From a virus (lineage: Duplodnaviria; Caudoviricetes): a stretch of 35,671 nt of DNA. Positions 26,742-34,270 of the stretch are shown here, in pieces; position 1 is the stretch's first letter; every line of letters begins with the position of its first letter. Where the stretch lies: positions 1-35,671 of the IMG/VR virus record IMGVR_UViG_3300028578_000006. One strand, 5' to 3'. The position numbers and the translations under genes are program-made. The notes below the pieces were generated by a model that was not told the origin of the DNA, made no database searches, and was given only the letters and a program-made list of their open reading frames with translations.

Positions 26742-27056
26742 GTGACCGCCGAGGACCGCGAGCGCAAGCGCGCGGACGACGCCGAGGTGGCGACCGGCGA
26801 GCAGCAGCACCGCGCCGAGGTCGCCGAAGCGCGCCCGGGCTGGTACTGGTGGGCGGTCATGGTGGTGACGTCGGTTCTCGGGCCGTCGATCGCGATCGGG
26901 GTCGCCCGGCACAACCAACGCCAGTCCGAGCAGGCGTGGTGCGAGGTGATCAGGGTCCTCGACGAGCCCTTGGACCCGAAGGCCCCGCCGCCGTCGGCGC
27001 GGGGGCAGCGGATCTTGGCGGGCATCGCCCACGTCCGCGACAGGTACGACTGCTAG
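26742..27056 (+). CDS. Single-TM protein of the lysis cassette
   Basis: WYWWAVMVVTSVLGPSIAIGVA TM; two Cys in the C-terminal domain. Confidence 0.7.
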   Translation: MTAEDRERKRADDAEVATGEQQHRAEVAEARPGWYWWAVMVVTSVLGPSIAIGVARHNQRQSEQAWCEVIRVLDEPLDPKAPPPSARGQRILAGIAHVRDRYDC

Positions 27057-27082
27057 CCACCCACCAACCAAAGGAGGACGCC

Positions 27083-27310
27083 ATGTCCGACGTCACGGCA
27101 AAGATCATCTGCCAGTCCAAGCAGGAGGCAGGCGAGGGCGACGACCGTACGGTCAACGTCGCCTTTGGCGCCGACTACAACGACGGCCGCAACAAGGAGT
27201 GGGCGCGCTGGACGCCCGGCCTGTCGCTGACGATGGGCCTCAAGGGCGCGGTCGCCGACCGGTTCGAGGTGGGCAAGGCGTACACGCTCACCTTCGCCGA
27301 GGAGGGCTGA
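27083..27310 (+). CDS. Small hypothetical phage protein
   Basis: AAGGAGG RBS; NKEWARWTP...FEVGKAY motif. Confidence 0.8.
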   Translation: MSDVTAKIICQSKQEAGEGDDRTVNVAFGADYNDGRNKEWARWTPGLSLTMGLKGAVADRFEVGKAYTLTFAEEG

Positions 27311-27312
27311 CC

Positions 27313-27555
27313 ATGTTCACCACCAGCTTCTGGAAGCAGGCGGCCGAGCGTGCCATCAAGTCGGCGGCCCAGGGCCTGATCGGCATGTGGACGCTCGACG
27401 GCTTCAACGTCCTGACCGTCGACGTCAAGCTCGCGGCCGGGATCGCGGGCGGCGCGGCCGTCCTGTCACTGCTGTCGTCGATCGTCACGTCGGGCGTCGG
27501 CGAGCCGAACAGCCCGAGCGCGGTCCGCAAGGACCCGGCGCCGATCCAGGGATAG
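27313..27555 (+). CDS. Holin, r1t family
   Basis: MFTTSFWKQAAERAIKSAAQ...AAVLSLLSSI signature; GGAGG RBS. Confidence 0.85.
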   Translation: MFTTSFWKQAAERAIKSAAQGLIGMWTLDGFNVLTVDVKLAAGIAGGAAVLSLLSSIVTSGVGEPNSPSAVRKDPAPIQG

Positions 27556-27581
27556 CGCGCCCGCGCCACGCCGCAATACAG

Positions 27582-27621
27582 AACCGCCCCCACCTCTCTT
27601 CGGAGAGGCGGGGGCGGTTTT
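27582..27621 (+). terminator. Intrinsic terminator ending the late operon (possibly bidirectional)
   Basis: AACCGCCCCC-a-CCTCTC TTCG GAGAGG-c-GGGGGCGGTT TT; UUCG loop; between convergent genes. Confidence 0.85.
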
Positions 27622-27659
27622 CCGTGCTTCGGGACCGGCTAGTTCTCCATGAGGCGAGC

Positions 27660-28163
27660 CTAGCCGGTCACCCTGACCTGGCAGTCGAGTTCGCCGGACG
27701 CCTGGCCGTCGAGGATGGTGGACTCGTCGTGACGCACCGTCTCGCCGGGCCGGATGCTGGCCACGCGCGCCGTGTCGGTATCGAGCCGCGCCCCGGACCC
27801 GTCGCGGTACTCGATCCGCACGGTGGCGCTGCGCGTCTGCGCCGTCGTGTTCTTGATCGTGAACCCGACCGTCGCGGTCGACAGCGATCCGGTCGTCGCG
27901 GTGCAGCTGGTTACGGTGAGGTCGAAGCGGTCCGACGCCGGGCCCTGGGCGACGCGGACGATGAACAGCAGCGCCAGCGCGACGGCGCCCGCGATGGCGA
28001 ACACCGCGACGATGCCGGGCCCGCTGGTCCACCACACCAGCCTGGGGTTCGGCGGCTTGACCGGCGGCGGCGGGGCCTGATGGCCGGGCGGCGGACCGTA
28101 CTGCGACGGCCAGTATTGCGGCTGGGCGGGGGCGGTGGGCGGTTCGCTTCCGGGGTGCGTCAT
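27660..28163 (-). CDS. Membrane-anchored Ig-like (FxLYD-type) protein; superinfection exclusion candidate
   Basis: Pro/Gln/Tyr-rich N-terminus, single TM, TIKNT...VRIEYRDGSGARLD...IRPGET. Confidence 0.7.
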   Translation of the reverse strand: MTHPGSEPPTAPAQPQYWPSQYGPPPGHQAPPPPVKPPNPRLVWWTSGPGIVAVFAIAGAVALALLFIVRVAQGPASDRFDLTVTSCTATTGSLSTATVGFTIKNTTAQTRSATVRIEYRDGSGARLDTDTARVASIRPGETVRHDESTILDGQASGELDCQVRVTG

Positions 28164-28261
28164 CTGGCGGCCCTTCTGGTGTGGAGGCCGCCCGAGTGTG
28201 AACGCTGAATGATGATCTAGCAACGCTGTGTCAGCTATCCGCCCGGACGGGGGAGCCCGAT

Positions 28262-28477
28262 TCAGCCGGATCGGCTAGGGCCCTCTCGGCGAAGTCCGCG
28301 TGCGACGCGGGCGTTCTCTCGCTGCAGCGCCTCCTCGACGTAGGCGGTCATCGTGACGCCGAGCTGCTTGGACAGGGCCTCGCCTTGCGTCCAGGTGTCG
28401 CCGATGCGGACGTTGCGCTTCGGGGTGACGCCGGTCGCTGGGCGCCCGCGCCGTTTCGGTGTGCTCTCTTCCGTCAT
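28262..28477 (-). CDS. Ribbon-helix-helix-like regulator with RRGRPATG motif
   Basis: RRGRPATGVTPKRNVRI...TMTAYVEEAL; TACGCT -10 element 6 nt before ATG. Confidence 0.75.
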   Translation of the reverse strand: MTEESTPKRRGRPATGVTPKRNVRIGDTWTQGEALSKQLGVTMTAYVEEALQRENARVARGLRREGPSRSG

Positions 28478-28483
28478 GGGTTT

Positions 28484-28554
28484 AGCGTACCACAGCTCAA
28501 GGGAAATCTGTACCACAGGATCCCTTGCCAACCCTTCCTTTCGTGTGGTACAGT
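28484..28554. promoter_or_regulatory. Divergent promoters with three GTACCACA operator sites
   Basis: GTACCACAG 28487-28495, CTGTACCACA 28508-28517, inverted TGTGGTACAG 28544-28553; rightward TTGCCA(28525)-18-TACAGT(28549). Confidence 0.75.
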
Positions 28555-28589
28555 ATATACATAAGGAAGAACGAGACAGGGAGACCGAA

Positions 28590-28847
28590 ATGCAGAAGAT
28601 CATCGACGGCGAGACGTTCACCCAGATCGACGAAGGCACCTACCAGGACAGCAACGGCGGCGAGTGGGTCGCCTTCGAAGCCAAGGACATGCGCAGCAAG
28701 ATCCGGTGGGCCGGCCGAGAGCTCGCGAAGATCAGCCGGGAGCAGCTCCTCACCGAGGACGGGGCGGCGCTCTACACCGAGATCAAGGACATCGAGGTCG
28801 AGACCGAGGAAGACCTCCGGATCGTGGAGATCCTGTTCGGAAGGTGA
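28590..28847 (+). CDS. Acidic hypothetical protein
   Basis: AGGGAG RBS, own promoter, GC-biased codons. Confidence 0.8.
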   Translation: MQKIIDGETFTQIDEGTYQDSNGGEWVAFEAKDMRSKIRWAGRELAKISREQLLTEDGAALYTEIKDIEVETEEDLRIVEILFGR

Positions 28848-28919
28848 GGCGATGGGGGCCGCGGCCCCGGCCTTGGTCAACTCCAGGCCCGGTGTGAGAG
28901 CGCTCTCTAGGCCTGCTCT

Positions 28920-29135
28920 CTACTCACCCTCAGGCTCCTCGGCCAGCACACCCCGACCGTTCGCCACGAACCACGCCTCGACGTCCTCGACGCGCCACAC
29001 GGCGAGGCCGCCCGGCCAGTCGTCGTACGGGTCGGGGAAGCCCTTCTGGCGGGAGAGGGCGTAGGCGCGCTGCCGGGTCAGGCCGAGCCGGTCGGCGATG
29101 TCCCCGGTCGTATAGAGCCGGCCCTTTGTCCCCAC
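28920..29135 (-). CDS. AlpA/excisionase-like HTH regulator (paralog B)
   Basis: YTTGDIADRLGLTRQRAY...FPDP...VWRVEDVEAW; TACCGT -10 element 7 nt before GTG (GTG 29144 alternative). Confidence 0.8.
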   Translation of the reverse strand: MGTKGRLYTTGDIADRLGLTRQRAYALSRQKGFPDPYDDWPGGLAVWRVEDVEAWFVANGRGVLAEEPEGE

Positions 29136-29335
29136 GACGATCACGGTAAGTACGTCCTGAATTGTCTGATGGGCTTTTCGCGATGACTTTCCAGAACGAC
29201 TTAACCTGGGACAACTCTGCGGGTAATGTCGCTCACTGACGGCGGTCGGGGCCTCACCCATGGGCGGCCACCCGCGGCCCCGGCCCGCCGTCCCGCCGAC
29301 ATCCGCCGGCGGCCTCAGGGTGAGAGGCGAGAGCG

Positions 29336-29560
29336 ATGAAAGATCGGTATCCCATGCACGGCAGGCGCCGCTTCTGGGGGGTGCTCTGGACGGTCGGCTG
29401 CCGGTGCGGCATGAACGCCTACCCGTGCATCGTCGAGCGAACGCTCGAAGCCTTGCGTAGGGACGCGCCCCGGCACGCCGCCGAGACCTACCCGGGGCCT
29501 CTGCGCGTGCCGGGGTCGCGCGACTCGGACCGGCGCGGCTGGTCGGGAGGTGCCCGATGA
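29336..29560 (+). CDS. Small His/Cys protein (H...CRCG...YPC)
   Basis: GAGAGG RBS; ATGA coupling to next ORF. Confidence 0.65.
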   Translation: MKDRYPMHGRRRFWGVLWTVGCRCGMNAYPCIVERTLEALRRDAPRHAAETYPGPLRVPGSRDSDRRGWSGGAR

Positions 29561-29739
29561 GCGCGCACGTGACCTCGCTCAAGCCGAAGCTGAGCATGCC
29601 GTGCTGGCTGGAGAACCACGGCGCCGCGATCCACACGCCGGAACGCAAGGCCGCCTGGCACGCCGACTGCCCGAACTCGCTGGCGTGTTCCTGCCCCGCC
29701 CACTACCGGGCAACGCCTGCGGAGGTGGGCCACCGATGA
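29557..29739 (+). CDS. Small Cys/His-rich hypothetical protein
   Basis: GGAGG RBS; HADC...CSCPAH; ATGA overlaps at both ends. Confidence 0.65.
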   Translation: MSAHVTSLKPKLSMPCWLENHGAAIHTPERKAAWHADCPNSLACSCPAHYRATPAEVGHR

Positions 29740-30056
29740 GCACCGAGCTACCGCCGGGCGACGTCATGACGTCCCGCAGGCTCATCGCCAAGCGCCTCGG
29801 CTGGCCCGACGGCGCCCTGGAGGCGTGCGTCGAGCTGGAGGCGGACTTCCCCGACTGGGTCGTGTTCTGGACCCGGGGCGGCCTGCCGTCCGACCGTGAC
29901 CCCGGATACCGGGCGGTGCTGAACCTGCACGGCTTCGTCTGCAGCCTGCGCGCGGAGACCGTCGAAGGGCTGCGGGATCAGGTTGCCACCGTCGATGCCG
30001 ACCTGCCGCGCCGCGTGTTCCCGACGCCGTTCACGCCGCTGACCTACCGCGATTAG
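29736..30056 (+). CDS. Hypothetical protein
   Basis: GGAGG RBS; ATGA overlap; convergent with HTH paralog C. Confidence 0.7.
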   Translation: MSTELPPGDVMTSRRLIAKRLGWPDGALEACVELEADFPDWVVFWTRGGLPSDRDPGYRAVLNLHGFVCSLRAETVEGLRDQVATVDADLPRRVFPTPFTPLTYRD

Positions 30057-30259
30057 GCCTCGGTGTCGTCCTCGGCGGCCGGCTTGCGGTGCTTGGCGAT
30101 CCACGCCTCGACGTCTCTGGTTTCCCAGATGACGATCCCGACGAGCCGGGCGGCCGGCTCGGGGAAGTTGCGCTCTCGGACGATCTGGGATGCCCTCGGC
30201 CGGCTGACGCCTAGCCGGTGCGCGATCTCGGCGACGCCCATGACGTCGAGTCTGCCCAT
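30053..30259 (-). CDS. AlpA/excisionase-like HTH regulator (paralog C)
   Basis: MGVAEIAHRLGVSRPRASQI...FPEP...IWETRDVEAW; TAGGGT -10 element 8 nt before ATG. Confidence 0.8.
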   Translation of the reverse strand: MGRLDVMGVAEIAHRLGVSRPRASQIVRERNFPEPAARLVGIVIWETRDVEAWIAKHRKPAAEDDTEA

Positions 30260-30448
30260 GGGGGCGCACCCTATGGCTACATGATCTTACTGACAGATCT
30301 GCCGGGTGGGTGCGCCATCCTTCGCCCATCGTGATCGGCATGCAATAGAACGCCTGTTCTACTGACCGAACGGATGGTCTTGGCGTGACTAGTGGTGATC
30401 AGGTGGGAGCGATAAGTCACTGTGCAGGTAGGCGGACATGGGAGGAGT

Positions 30449-30763
30449 GTGAAGATCTCTCGCGAGCTGAGGCGGCAGCCCAGCGGGGTGCGCAAGGAAC
30501 AGCGAGCACGGGGAGGGGACCAGGAAGTGCACCACGTGATGATGCAGGCGCTCGATGGGCAAGAGCTACGAGCGATCTTGGAAAGGCCGGAGGAGTTCGG
30601 CGTAACCCGGGTGGTCTTCCCGTCGCAGGAGTACCGGTCGGCACGAGCCGGCGAGCGCAATGCCCGCAAGCACCTCTACCACACGGTGCCGGTGTTGCCG
30701 CGCGGCGACGACGGCGGCTTTGCCGAGAAGTTCCTTAAGGACCGCCGCGCTCGTGACACATGA
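30449..30763 (+). CDS. Hypothetical protein abutting attP
   Basis: Open frame after GGAGG (short spacing); weaker codon bias; start uncertain. Confidence 0.4.
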   Translation: MKISRELRRQPSGVRKEQRARGGDQEVHHVMMQALDGQELRAILERPEEFGVTRVVFPSQEYRSARAGERNARKHLYHTVPVLPRGDDGGFAEKFLKDRRARDT

Positions 30764-30774
30764 GCGACACATGA
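30753..30774 (+). repeat. Tandem 11-bp repeats G(T/C)GACACATGA; putative integrase arm sites
   Basis: 30753-30763 and 30764-30774; related GCGACACACAG at 30985-30995 on the other side of the core. Confidence 0.6.
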
Positions 30775-30795
30775 TCTACGTGGCAAGATCATGAG

Positions 30796-30830
30796 AAAGG
30801 CCAGGCACCCTAGCGGTGACCTGGCCTTTT
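30796..30830 (-). terminator. Terminator downstream of the tRNA-derived att core
   Basis: AAAGGCCAGG...CCTGGCCTTTT inverted repeat just 3' of the tRNA CCA end. Confidence 0.75.
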
Positions 30831-30833
30831 GCT

Positions 30834-30880
30834 TGGTGGGCGATACTGGGATCGAACCAGTGACCTCTTCCGTGTCAAGG
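30834..30880 (-). other. attP core = 3' half of tRNA-Val(GAC)
   Basis: Reverse complement CCTTGACACGGAAGAGGTCACTGGTTCGATCCCAGTATCGCCCACCA: anticodon loop GAC, T-arm, acceptor 3' strand, CCA; no 5' half; next to the integrase 3' end. Confidence 0.92.
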
Positions 30881-31003
30881 ATGTTCGGGCAAGATCCTGA
30901 CCTGCGGCGATGCGCTGATCATGCCGATGACCTGCAAAAACTCTTGGTCACACTTGGACCAACTTCTAGCACCGTGACATGGTCGCGACACACAGCTGAC
31001 CAC

Positions 31004-32080
31004 TCATGATCCACTGCGGGCGCGCTTCAGCGCCTCCCGCGCGGCGTCGAACCGGCGATCTCCCGAGTGCGTGTACCGCTGCCCCGAGCGCACGTCCGAG
31101 TGCCCCATCAGCGCCATCCGGTCGTGCAGCGCCAACCCGGCATCGGCCAGCCGCGTGCCGTAGGTGTGCCTGCAGTCGTGCGGCGTCGGCCGCGGCTCAG
31201 CCAGCGGCTCCACCGCCGGCTTCCACACCCGGCGCAGCCACGTCGGATACCGCATCGGCCCGCCCAGCGATGCCGTGAACACCAGCCCGCCCGCCGGGGT
31301 CGCCAGCACGAGGGGCCGGAGTAGGGCCAGCAGGTCCGGGCCGACCGGCACCGGGTGGAACTCGTCCTTGCCCTTCGGGTACTCGCGGATCGTTCCGTCG
31401 CGCTCCATCACCGGGCCGATGACGACTAGGCCGGTGCGCAGCTGCACGGCCTCCTTCCGGACGGCCGCCGCCTCCTCCCACCGCACGCCGGTGTCGAGCA
31501 GGAACTCCACGAACGGGCGCGCGTCCCGCCGGTCCGGGAACAGCTCGTCGAGCCGGGCCAGCAGCTCGGCCTCCTCCTCGGCATCGATGACCCGGTCGAC
31601 GTGCCGCGGCGGCTCCGGCGGCTTCACCTTCCGCGCCGGGTTGGCCCGGATCCAGCCGGCGTCCACCGCGAGCTCCAGCGCGGCCTTGAGGACGTTCAGC
31701 GCGGCGATCGTCGTCCACGCCTTCTTCGGCCCGAGCTGCTCGTCGAGGTCGTTCACCCAGGCCCGCACGTCCGGTTTCAGGATCGACCCGACCGGGATCT
31801 GCTCCCACCGGGGCGCCACCCAGTTCTTCCACGTCGACGCGTCCCGCTTCCGCGACGCCTGCTCCAGCTTGCGGGCGCCCCCGAACTTCTCCCACACCTC
31901 GCCGACGGTGTGCTTCGCCAGCCGCGGGTCAAGGAACTCGCCGCGCTTGATGTCGGTCTCAATGCCGTCAGCCCACGCCTTGACCGAGCCCTTCAACTCG
32001 CGGGTCTCGGTGATCCGCCCGGCTGGCGTGCGGACCGTCGCGGCCCACAGTCCGGATTCCAGTTGCCGAATGTAGGCCAT
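31004..32080 (-). CDS. int: Tyrosine integrase
   Basis: TGVRWEE (R), K, HDCRH (HxxR), MGHS and RYTH catalytic set. Confidence 0.95.
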   Translation of the reverse strand: MAYIRQLESGLWAATVRTPAGRITETRELKGSVKAWADGIETDIKRGEFLDPRLAKHTVGEVWEKFGGARKLEQASRKRDASTWKNWVAPRWEQIPVGSILKPDVRAWVNDLDEQLGPKKAWTTIAALNVLKAALELAVDAGWIRANPARKVKPPEPPRHVDRVIDAEEEAELLARLDELFPDRRDARPFVEFLLDTGVRWEEAAAVRKEAVQLRTGLVVIGPVMERDGTIREYPKGKDEFHPVPVGPDLLALLRPLVLATPAGGLVFTASLGGPMRYPTWLRRVWKPAVEPLAEPRPTPHDCRHTYGTRLADAGLALHDRMALMGHSDVRSGQRYTHSGDRRFDAAREALKRARSGS

Positions 32081-32484
32081 CAGCCGGCCCTCGGCGTGGA
32101 TCGGGAGCGGTACGGGGCGAGCACGCTGTCGACGATCCGGATCAGGATGTCCTGCTCGTCGGCGGAAAGGGTGGACTGCGGACCGAGGCGGCGCTCCAGC
32201 TCGGCGGCGAGCGGGTGGAGCGGGGGAGCCCCGTCGATCGGGAGCCCCTCGTCGATCTCGGGGTAGGCGATCCGGACGAGCGTGCTCAGCTTCGCGCCGA
32301 GGTGCGGGGCGACCCGTTCGAGCAGCGGCACGTCGGGGCGGACCTGGCCGTTGAGCCAGCGGGACACCACGCTGGAGCTGATCCCGGCGGCGCGCGCGAA
32401 TTCGGTCGGTGTCTCGTAGCCCATCCCGGTGATCGCCTGCCGCAGGTATTCGGGGAAGGCGGGGAGTGGCTCGGATTTCCGCAT
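32080..32484 (-). CDS. Immunity repressor (XRE HTH), leaderless-type
   Basis: PTEFARAAGISSSVVSRWLNG HTH; TATGGT -10 element 6 nt before ATG; coupled to int. Confidence 0.88.
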   Translation of the reverse strand: MRKSEPLPAFPEYLRQAITGMGYETPTEFARAAGISSSVVSRWLNGQVRPDVPLLERVAPHLGAKLSTLVRIAYPEIDEGLPIDGAPPLHPLAAELERRLGPQSTLSADEQDILIRIVDSVLAPYRSRSTPRAG

Positions 32485-32713
32485 GTGGAGACCATATCGA
32501 ACCCGTCCGCGCGCGGACGACCGACCTGCATGACTCCTAGCTGCGGAAACGCGGCGGGCCTTCGTTCGCGGCCGAAGCCTCCATGTCTCCATGGATGGAG
32601 ACGATACGGCATCTGAGCCATCGGTCAAGTCCTCTGAGGTGGTCCTGGCCTGCCAAATCTTGGCCTTGCGTCTCCATCCCCGGATGGATAGTGTCGTCTC
32701 CATGAGTGGAAAT
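32475..32713. promoter_or_regulatory. Genetic switch: operators GTCTCCAT-NN-ATGGAGAC and rightward promoter
   Basis: Perfect palindrome 32585-32602; degenerate copies 32475-32492 and 32696-32713; half-site 32670-32677; TTGCGT(32666)-17-TAGTGT(32689) 7 nt before cro ATG. Confidence 0.75.
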
Positions 32714-32962
32714 GCCCGGCCGACACTGCGGCTGAGAACCGAAAAGTTCGACGAGCTCGCCGCTGCAGTCACCGGCGCTCGTACCGACCGAGAGCTCGCC
32801 GACAAGCTCGGTGTCAGCTACAACCACCTGTCGCAGGTACGTACTCACGGCCGCACGCCTGGCACGCAGTTCATCGCCGCGGTGTGCACGGCCATGCCAC
32901 ACGTCCCGTTCGAGCAGCTCTTCGAGACCGTCGAGCCGATCGCGGCGAGTGATGCAGCATGA
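32702..32962 (+). CDS. Cro-like HTH protein
   Basis: DRELADKLGVSYNHLSQV HTH; divergent from the repressor. Confidence 0.82.
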   Translation: MSGNARPTLRLRTEKFDELAAAVTGARTDRELADKLGVSYNHLSQVRTHGRTPGTQFIAAVCTAMPHVPFEQLFETVEPIAASDAA

Positions 32963-33249
32963 GGACTCGCACCGTCCCGGACGGGACGCCCGCCCCCACC
33001 CCGCCGCCGCCGCAGCCGCGCCCGCCGGCCGGGCCGGGCCGGGCTGCTGGCGAGGAATACCTGAGCGTCGCTGAGGTCGCCGCGCTGTGGCACGTCAGCC
33101 CGAAGACGGTCTACCGCCGGGTGTACTGCGGGGAGCTGACGTACATCAACGTGGCCGAGGCGAGCGCACGGCAGGCGTCGATCAGGATCCGCCGGTCCGC
33201 CGCGCACCAGTACATGGCCGACCGCGAGCGTCCGGGGCGTGCGTCATGA
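32959..33249 (+). CDS. Excisionase-like HTH protein
   Basis: YLSVAEVAALWHVSPKTVYR...GEL...IRIRRS. Confidence 0.75.
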   Translation: MRTRTVPDGTPAPTPPPPQPRPPAGPGRAAGEEYLSVAEVAALWHVSPKTVYRRVYCGELTYINVAEASARQASIRIRRSAAHQYMADRERPGRAS

Positions 33250-34187
33250 CCGGCCCGAACCAGCCGCTGCCGCAGCCGCTGCCCGCTCCGGGCCCGCCGC
33301 CGGCGCCGGGCGTCCTGGCCGTCTTCACCTACTCCGACACCGAGATCCGGACGGTCGTCCGTGATGGCGAGCCCTGGTTCGTTGCCGCCGACGTCTGCAC
33401 GGTCCTAGAAATCGTCCAGGCCGGCTCATCGCTGCGACTGCTCGACGAGGACGAGAGGGGGATGCACAGTGTGCACACCCCCGGCGGGGACCAGATGGTC
33501 AGCGTCATCAACGAGCCGGGTCTCTACTCGCTGATCCTGCGCAGCCGCAAGCCGGAGGCGAAGGCCTTCAAGCGTTGGATCACCCACGAGGTTCTGCCGG
33601 CCATCCGGCAGACCGGCCGGTACGAGGCGAAGCCCGCGATCCCGCAGACCTACGCCGACGCCTTGCAGCTCGCCGCCAACCAGGCCCGCCAGTTGGAGGC
33701 GCAGGCAGCGCAGCTCGCGGTGGCCGCGCCGAAGGCCGACGCCTGGGACCACCTGGCCAGCGCCGTCGGTGACTACTCCGTGGCCGACGCCGCGAAGATC
33801 CTGTCCCGGCACCCGCTCATCAAGGTCGGCCGCGACCGGCTGTTCACCCTGCTCAACCGCGAACGGTGGACCTTCCGGCGCGAGCTCGACAACCGCTGGA
33901 CCGTCTACCAGCGCGCCGTCGATGCCGGCTGGATCACCGAGCTCGCCAGCAGCCACTACCACCCTCGGACCGGCGAACTCGTGCTCGATGCCCCGCAGGT
34001 GCGGATCACCGCGAAGGGCCTGGGGGAGCTGCACAAGCGGCTGACAGGTGAGCAGACCGCGATCAAGGCTCCCGAGCTGGTTGGTGCTGCGCACCGTCCG
34101 CTGGCCGGCTCGGGCACGACTCCGGCCCGTCAGGACCCTGCCGCCGCTGGCCCGGTCGCTGCGCCTGGCGGGCCGGCCAGCACCTGA
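33246..34187 (+). CDS. BRO-N / KilA-C antirepressor
   Basis: GEPWFVAADVC, INEPGLYSLILRSRKPEAKAFKRWITHEVLPAIR, APKAD, RITAKGL. Confidence 0.92.
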   Translation: MTGPNQPLPQPLPAPGPPPAPGVLAVFTYSDTEIRTVVRDGEPWFVAADVCTVLEIVQAGSSLRLLDEDERGMHSVHTPGGDQMVSVINEPGLYSLILRSRKPEAKAFKRWITHEVLPAIRQTGRYEAKPAIPQTYADALQLAANQARQLEAQAAQLAVAAPKADAWDHLASAVGDYSVADAAKILSRHPLIKVGRDRLFTLLNRERWTFRRELDNRWTVYQRAVDAGWITELASSHYHPRTGELVLDAPQVRITAKGLGELHKRLTGEQTAIKAPELVGAAHRPLAGSGTTPARQDPAAAGPVAAPGGPAST

Positions 34188-34270
34188 GCAAGAAGCGGGC
34201 CGCCCGGCTTCCCCCCGGTCGGCCCGCGCACCCGATCCAACCTCACAACCACGAAAGGCCTGATCAGGTG

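Noticed and set aside
29136-29648. 242-aa version of HTH paralog B
   Set aside because: The extension overlaps plus-strand genes and promoter DNA; homology covers only the last ~70 aa
30834-30910. Complete tRNA-Val gene
   Set aside because: Only the anticodon-to-CCA half is present; no D-arm or 5' acceptor strand, so it is an att core
30791-31009. 72-aa ORF across attP
   Set aside because: Antisense translation of the tRNA fragment and terminator (VGDTGIEPVTS is a typical artefact)
32485-32805. 241-aa version of the repressor
   Set aside because: The extension crosses the operator/promoter region and cro; a -10 box supports the start at 32484
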